This document shows, in pieces, positions 59,819-64,000 of a stretch of DNA of 64,000 bases. The DNA comes from a virus, in IMG/VR virus record IMGVR_UViG_3300044988_000363. One strand, 5' to 3'. Below the pieces are notes generated by a model that was not told the origin of the DNA, did not search any database, and was given only the letters and a program-made list of their open reading frames with translations. The first letter of the stretch is position 1; each line of letters starts with the position of its first letter. A program made the translations under genes and the position numbers.

Positions 59819-60076
59819 ATGAAAGTTCGTAAGAAGCCAGTTGATGTAGAAGCACATCAACTAACAGAGGATAATGCTGGAGTATTATCAGATTGGTGTG
59901 GTGGTTTACTTATTCTTCGTGATGATAATTTCGAACCAACAAAGATTAAAATTCTTACACTTGAAGGCATTATGACAGCACGTGTTGGAGATTATATTAT
60001 TAAGGGAATTGCTGGTGAGTTTTATCCTTGCGCTCCTGCTATTTTTGATCAGACCTATGAGGTTATTGTACCATGA
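59819..60076 (+). CDS. Conserved small phage protein
   Basis: RKKPV.VEA.Q...TLEG.M.A..GDYIIKG..GEFYPC. Confidence 0.75.
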   Translation: MKVRKKPVDVEAHQLTEDNAGVLSDWCGGLLILRDDNFEPTKIKILTLEGIMTARVGDYIIKGIAGEFYPCAPAIFDQTYEVIVP

Positions 60077-60511
60077 CAAAATATCTTGTCGATGTAAAAG
60101 TTGCTGGATGGAAGACGTATCTTATTGATGTTCCAGAAGGCGAAGACTTGTATGATAGCATTTATGAACAGTTAGAGTCAGATTTACTCGATCCAATTAT
60201 TGATGACACTTATGACGAATTGATGGGTGATCCAAAGGAATATAAGAAATGACCGATGAAGAAACAAATAAGCTAAAGAAGATTCTTTTTGTCTTAACTC
60301 TTATTAAAAATAAAGAATCTGATGAACGCAAGCTTGCATACTTAGAAGCAATTGAAGAAGCAATTGAACATGCAAAAGAACTTTTGGGAATAAAAGTTAA
60401 ATTGTGAGACAATTAATGAGCGAAGAACAGTTTGTCAAATGTTATGTTGTTTTTGGCTGTGTATTTCTGATCTTAATAGTGATGGATATGTTTGGATTAT
60501 GGGGGAACAGT

Positions 60512-61157
60512 GATGAATGACATTCATCAGCAGCAATTGAAGCAAGTAAGAGAAAGCGTATATGAGGAAAATCTGCGGCTTCGTGCCGAACTCGCCGCAG
60601 CCAATGAGTTTAAGAAGCATTACACTGATTTGATTTCAGTCAATGCTGAACTAATGGGAGCACCTAATGACGGATCGATTACAGACTCAGTAGTTCAAAT
60701 AGAGAAACTTGTAAAGAAACTTCGTGCCGACCTCGATGCCGCTAATGAGGAAGTCGAAAAATTACGGGAACGCCTTGGTCCACATGGACTAGTCGTCGTA
60801 GACATAGACAAGACGGGGCATTACGTGTCTGAGAAAGTTGCCGACGAAATCACCCGCCTCCGTACCGACCTTGCCGTAGCCAATGAGCGATGTGAGATGC
60901 TGACAAAGGAAGTCGTAGAGTGGCGTAGTCGCCCCGATGCTTTGCGGGCTGACAAAGCCGAAGCCGACCTCGATGCCGCCATTTCAGAGCGTAATGGCCA
61001 TTACGCTACATTGAAGCATGTGGCTAAAGAGCGTGACGAAGCCTTGCGTAATCAAGCAGAAACTCAATCTAAACTAGATGCTCTTGAAAAACTGTTTCAG
61101 ATGACCTGTCAACAGTTTGAAGAAAAGCGCCAGCGTATTCTAGAGGTTCTTGACTAA
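60512..61157 (+). CDS. Coiled-coil protein with internal repeats
   Basis: LRAELAAANE / LRADLDAANE / LRTDLAVANE; start approximate. Confidence 0.6.
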
Positions 61158-61988
61158 TGACGAAGCATTGTGTATATTTTTAGTGGAAAGGAGCCTACAC
61201 ATGACCAAGAATAAAGCAGAATCGGAGTATGTTATGATAAGGCGAAAGTGTGAAGATTCGGATATGGCAGAGTTAACATTCGCTAAGAATAACGAAAAAC
61301 TTGACCTGACAGATTATAGGTGTATCCGAATGTTTTCAGAGACCACAGAGGAATGGGTTCATAAAGATGAATACGAGCATTTCTATGAAGAGTATCGCAA
61401 ATTCAATGGTCTGATGATGAGGCATGGTGCGATACTATCATATATAAGTGAACCGTGTGAAGAAAAGGCTGTCACCACTTTCTTGAGGATGAAGGCGAAA
61501 GACTGATGACCTATACGTGGAGTAAGTATCCTGATGCCAAACCTAACCGATCTGGATACTATTACACATACTATTTCAATAACGAAATGAATGATTGTTT
61601 TTACAAAGCGATATACTATAATACTTCCGCAGACGAGTGGATCGGGTGGAGAAGAGGTATAGAACCTAAAGTTATAGGATATGTAGATAAGACGTATGCG
61701 AAGTTCTATGTTCCTTGTTTAGATTTGGTAACGCCAGACATAGGGAGTTTCTTGGAATGAGTGAAGATATTGTGAAGCGACTGCGTGAACCATGCTTTTT
61801 CAATGGATACGATCAGCAAACTTCTGAAGAAGCCGCTGATGAAATCGAGCGTCTTCGTAAGTATGAACAACTAGTCAATTTCATTGCTACGGACTATGTT
61901 GAACTCTCGCATGATAAGGTTCAAAATGAATATCTTCTTATCATAAAGAAGTGCCGAGAGTTGGTTAAGGACCATCCTTAGATTTATG

Positions 61989-62058
61989 AGACCGTTAGCT
62001 CAATGGTAGAGCACCGCATTGTAGTGGTAGGTTCGAGGTTCGATTCCTCGGCGGTCCA
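61989..62058 (+). pseudogene. Degenerate tRNA-like element
   Basis: Intact TAGCTCAATGGTAGAGC D-arm and CGAGG-TTCGATT-CCTCG T-arm, 6-bp acceptor, irregular anticodon arm. Confidence 0.6.
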
Positions 62059-62806
62059 ATTGAAAAGAGAAACGATATGATTGATCCAAAAGTGCTTAGA
62101 GACGCATCGGAATACCTAAAAGAAATTTATAGTGAACCAGATAGAAAGTGTTTAGACATTTTGTATCAGTTTACAAAAGGATCGAATGATGATAGAACCA
62201 TGATTATCATTCACAAAAGATATGATAAGAACTGGGGTCAACCAACATCTTATAGTTATCTTGATTTGGCAATATGTGCTGATACATATAGAAGGAAACT
62301 TGTCTAATGAGTAAAGACCTTGTAGAACGACTGCTTCATGTATGATGGAATAGTGCTAGTGTTTCACAATGATCGTTATGACCATTGTTGGGACAAACAG
62401 TTTACAATAGAAAACTAGTGAGAAAATAATGAAACACACGATTGAACTTGACCATGACCAAAGTGATGCTATTGTCATTGATTCTCTAAAGGAGGCGTAT
62501 CGACTCAATGCTGATCCGCTCCCCGACGAAGGTGGAGAGAAATGGGTTGATGTCGAGTTTCTGGCTGCTATAGATCATGTCCTAGAATATTATCATAACT
62601 ATGAGCAGAAGAAGTTATGGATTGTTGAAAAAGAATCGTTTAATAATGGAAAGAGTAACAAATGAACAACGCTAAGATTGAAGAACTTGCAAAATGGGCT
62701 GCTAACAAACTAAACGGTGGCAACTGGTATGATGAAAAATTCTATCAGTTCGGACACAAAGAAGCATGGATGAATATGATCAAAGAATTGATTGAAAGGT
62801 TAGAAG

Positions 62807-63601
62807 ATGAACGACGCTAAAATTATTGCTATTACACAACCAACGATAACACTTCCGCCAAGCGATGAATTGTTTGGACAAATCCGCCCTATGACTGCCG
62901 AAGAGTTTATCTGTTATACAGCAAGAGTTTCTAATCCATCTAATCAGAATAACACACTAACTGCACCTAAACTTCTAAAGTATCTGATTGAGCATAAGCA
63001 CTGGAGTCCTTTTGAGATGGTGTCTATCACAATGGAAATCAATACAACCCGTGATATCTCGCATCAGATCATTCGTCACCGTTCATTCTCATTCCAAGAG
63101 TTCTCACAGCGTTATGCTGATCCGACCAAGGACATGGCATTCGTAACGAGAGAAGCACGATTGCAGGATGCTAAGAACCGTCAGAATAGTATTGAGATTA
63201 CAGGTGATAATGCGGATGATAATGAAGTGAAGAATCTTTGGGGTTTCTGGCAAAGAGAAGTCACACAGAAATCAAAAGAAGCATACAAAGAAATGATTGT
63301 GATGGGTCTGGCAAAAGAGCAAGCCAGAGCAATTCTTCCAGAAGGTCTAACTTCTACTCGTCTATATATGGCAGGGACGCTTCGTTCGTGGATTCATTAC
63401 ATTGATGTTCGTGCAGAAGAAGGCACACAAAAGGAACATCGTGAGGTTGCACTAGCAGCACAGCAAGAGATTCTAAAGCACTTCCCATCATTGGAAGAAT
63501 ATTGGTATCCGACTCCTCCAACACCAGAAGAGTTAGAAGCGACATACGGTGTTGAAAAAATTGAACAACTCTGTAAAGAACCTTGGTGGAGGTTTTGGTG
63601 A
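62807..63601 (+). CDS. thyX: Flavin-dependent thymidylate synthase
   Basis: HWSPFE, QIIRHRSFSFQEFSQRY (RHRx7S), EQAR..LP, LRSWIHY..R..TQKEH. Confidence 0.95.
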   Translation: MNDAKIIAITQPTITLPPSDELFGQIRPMTAEEFICYTARVSNPSNQNNTLTAPKLLKYLIEHKHWSPFEMVSITMEINTTRDISHQIIRHRSFSFQEFSQRYADPTKDMAFVTREARLQDAKNRQNSIEITGDNADDNEVKNLWGFWQREVTQKSKEAYKEMIVMGLAKEQARAILPEGLTSTRLYMAGTLRSWIHYIDVRAEEGTQKEHREVALAAQQEILKHFPSLEEYWYPTPPTPEELEATYGVEKIEQLCKEPWWRFW

Positions 63602-63896
63602 TGAGTAAAATAGTTCTCGTTGAAACCGTGTCTATGTTCAGGCATATATATGCTGTGGAACTTACTGATAATGATCCACCAGAATATGCACTTGATGATG
63701 TCATTGACTCTTTAAATCAGGAAACTAAATTAGAAGAGTTTGCGCAAGAACACATTGAGGAGAATATTTTTTCACACCGTGTTATTACAGAAGAAGAATA
63801 TCTACAATTATTTGATCAGCATCATCCATATGCTGCTCCATTATGGACGAACGAAGAAAAGAAAAAATATATTTTTAAGAACAAAGAGGCAGTAGA

Positions 63897-64000
63897 ATGA
63901 CAGACATGAACGTTTACCAGCAGTATATACATAAGAGCCGCTACGCTAGATTCCTTCCAGAAAAGAATCGTCGAGAACATTGGAACGAAACTGTTCAACG
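63897..64000 (+). CDS. N-terminus of a probable class II ribonucleotide reductase (partial)
   Basis: MTDMNVYQQYIHKSRYARFLPEKNRREHWNETVQR resembles the start of NrdJ-type enzymes; follows thyX. Confidence 0.7.
   Translation, partial: MTDMNVYQQYIHKSRYARFLPEKNRREHWNETVQ

Overview
A 64-kb segment of a large T4-like (myovirus-type) phage genome. Its host is most likely an alphaproteobacterial (type II, Methylocystis/Methylosinus-like) methanotroph, judged from a full-length pmoC and a permuted alphaproteobacterial-type tmRNA. Core T4-type genes are present in the expected blocks: gp32-gp59-gp33, gp43-uvsX-gp41, gp61 primase, thyX and the start of a probable class II RNR. Host-type genes include pmoC, hsp20, ftsH, an acyl-CoA dehydrogenase, an L,D-transpeptidase, Dps, a Bfd-like ferredoxin and two 2OG-Fe(II) oxygenases. 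About 10-26 kb is an early region of small ORFs with sigma70-like promoters, and 44-58 kb is a late, virion-type block. The most unusual features are non-coding. (1) A roughly 78-nt two-hairpin leader with compensatory base changes recurs four times, each in front of an antisense-inserted endonuclease-type ORF (two GIY-YIG, one HNH, one without a nuclease domain). (2) An HNH endonuclease gene sits in the excised intervening segment of a two-piece tmRNA, whose flanks extend the acceptor stem. (3) Two arrays of a WGGT motif (5 and 13 copies) have an exact 12-bp period. All family assignments come from motif recognition by eye; no database searches were run.
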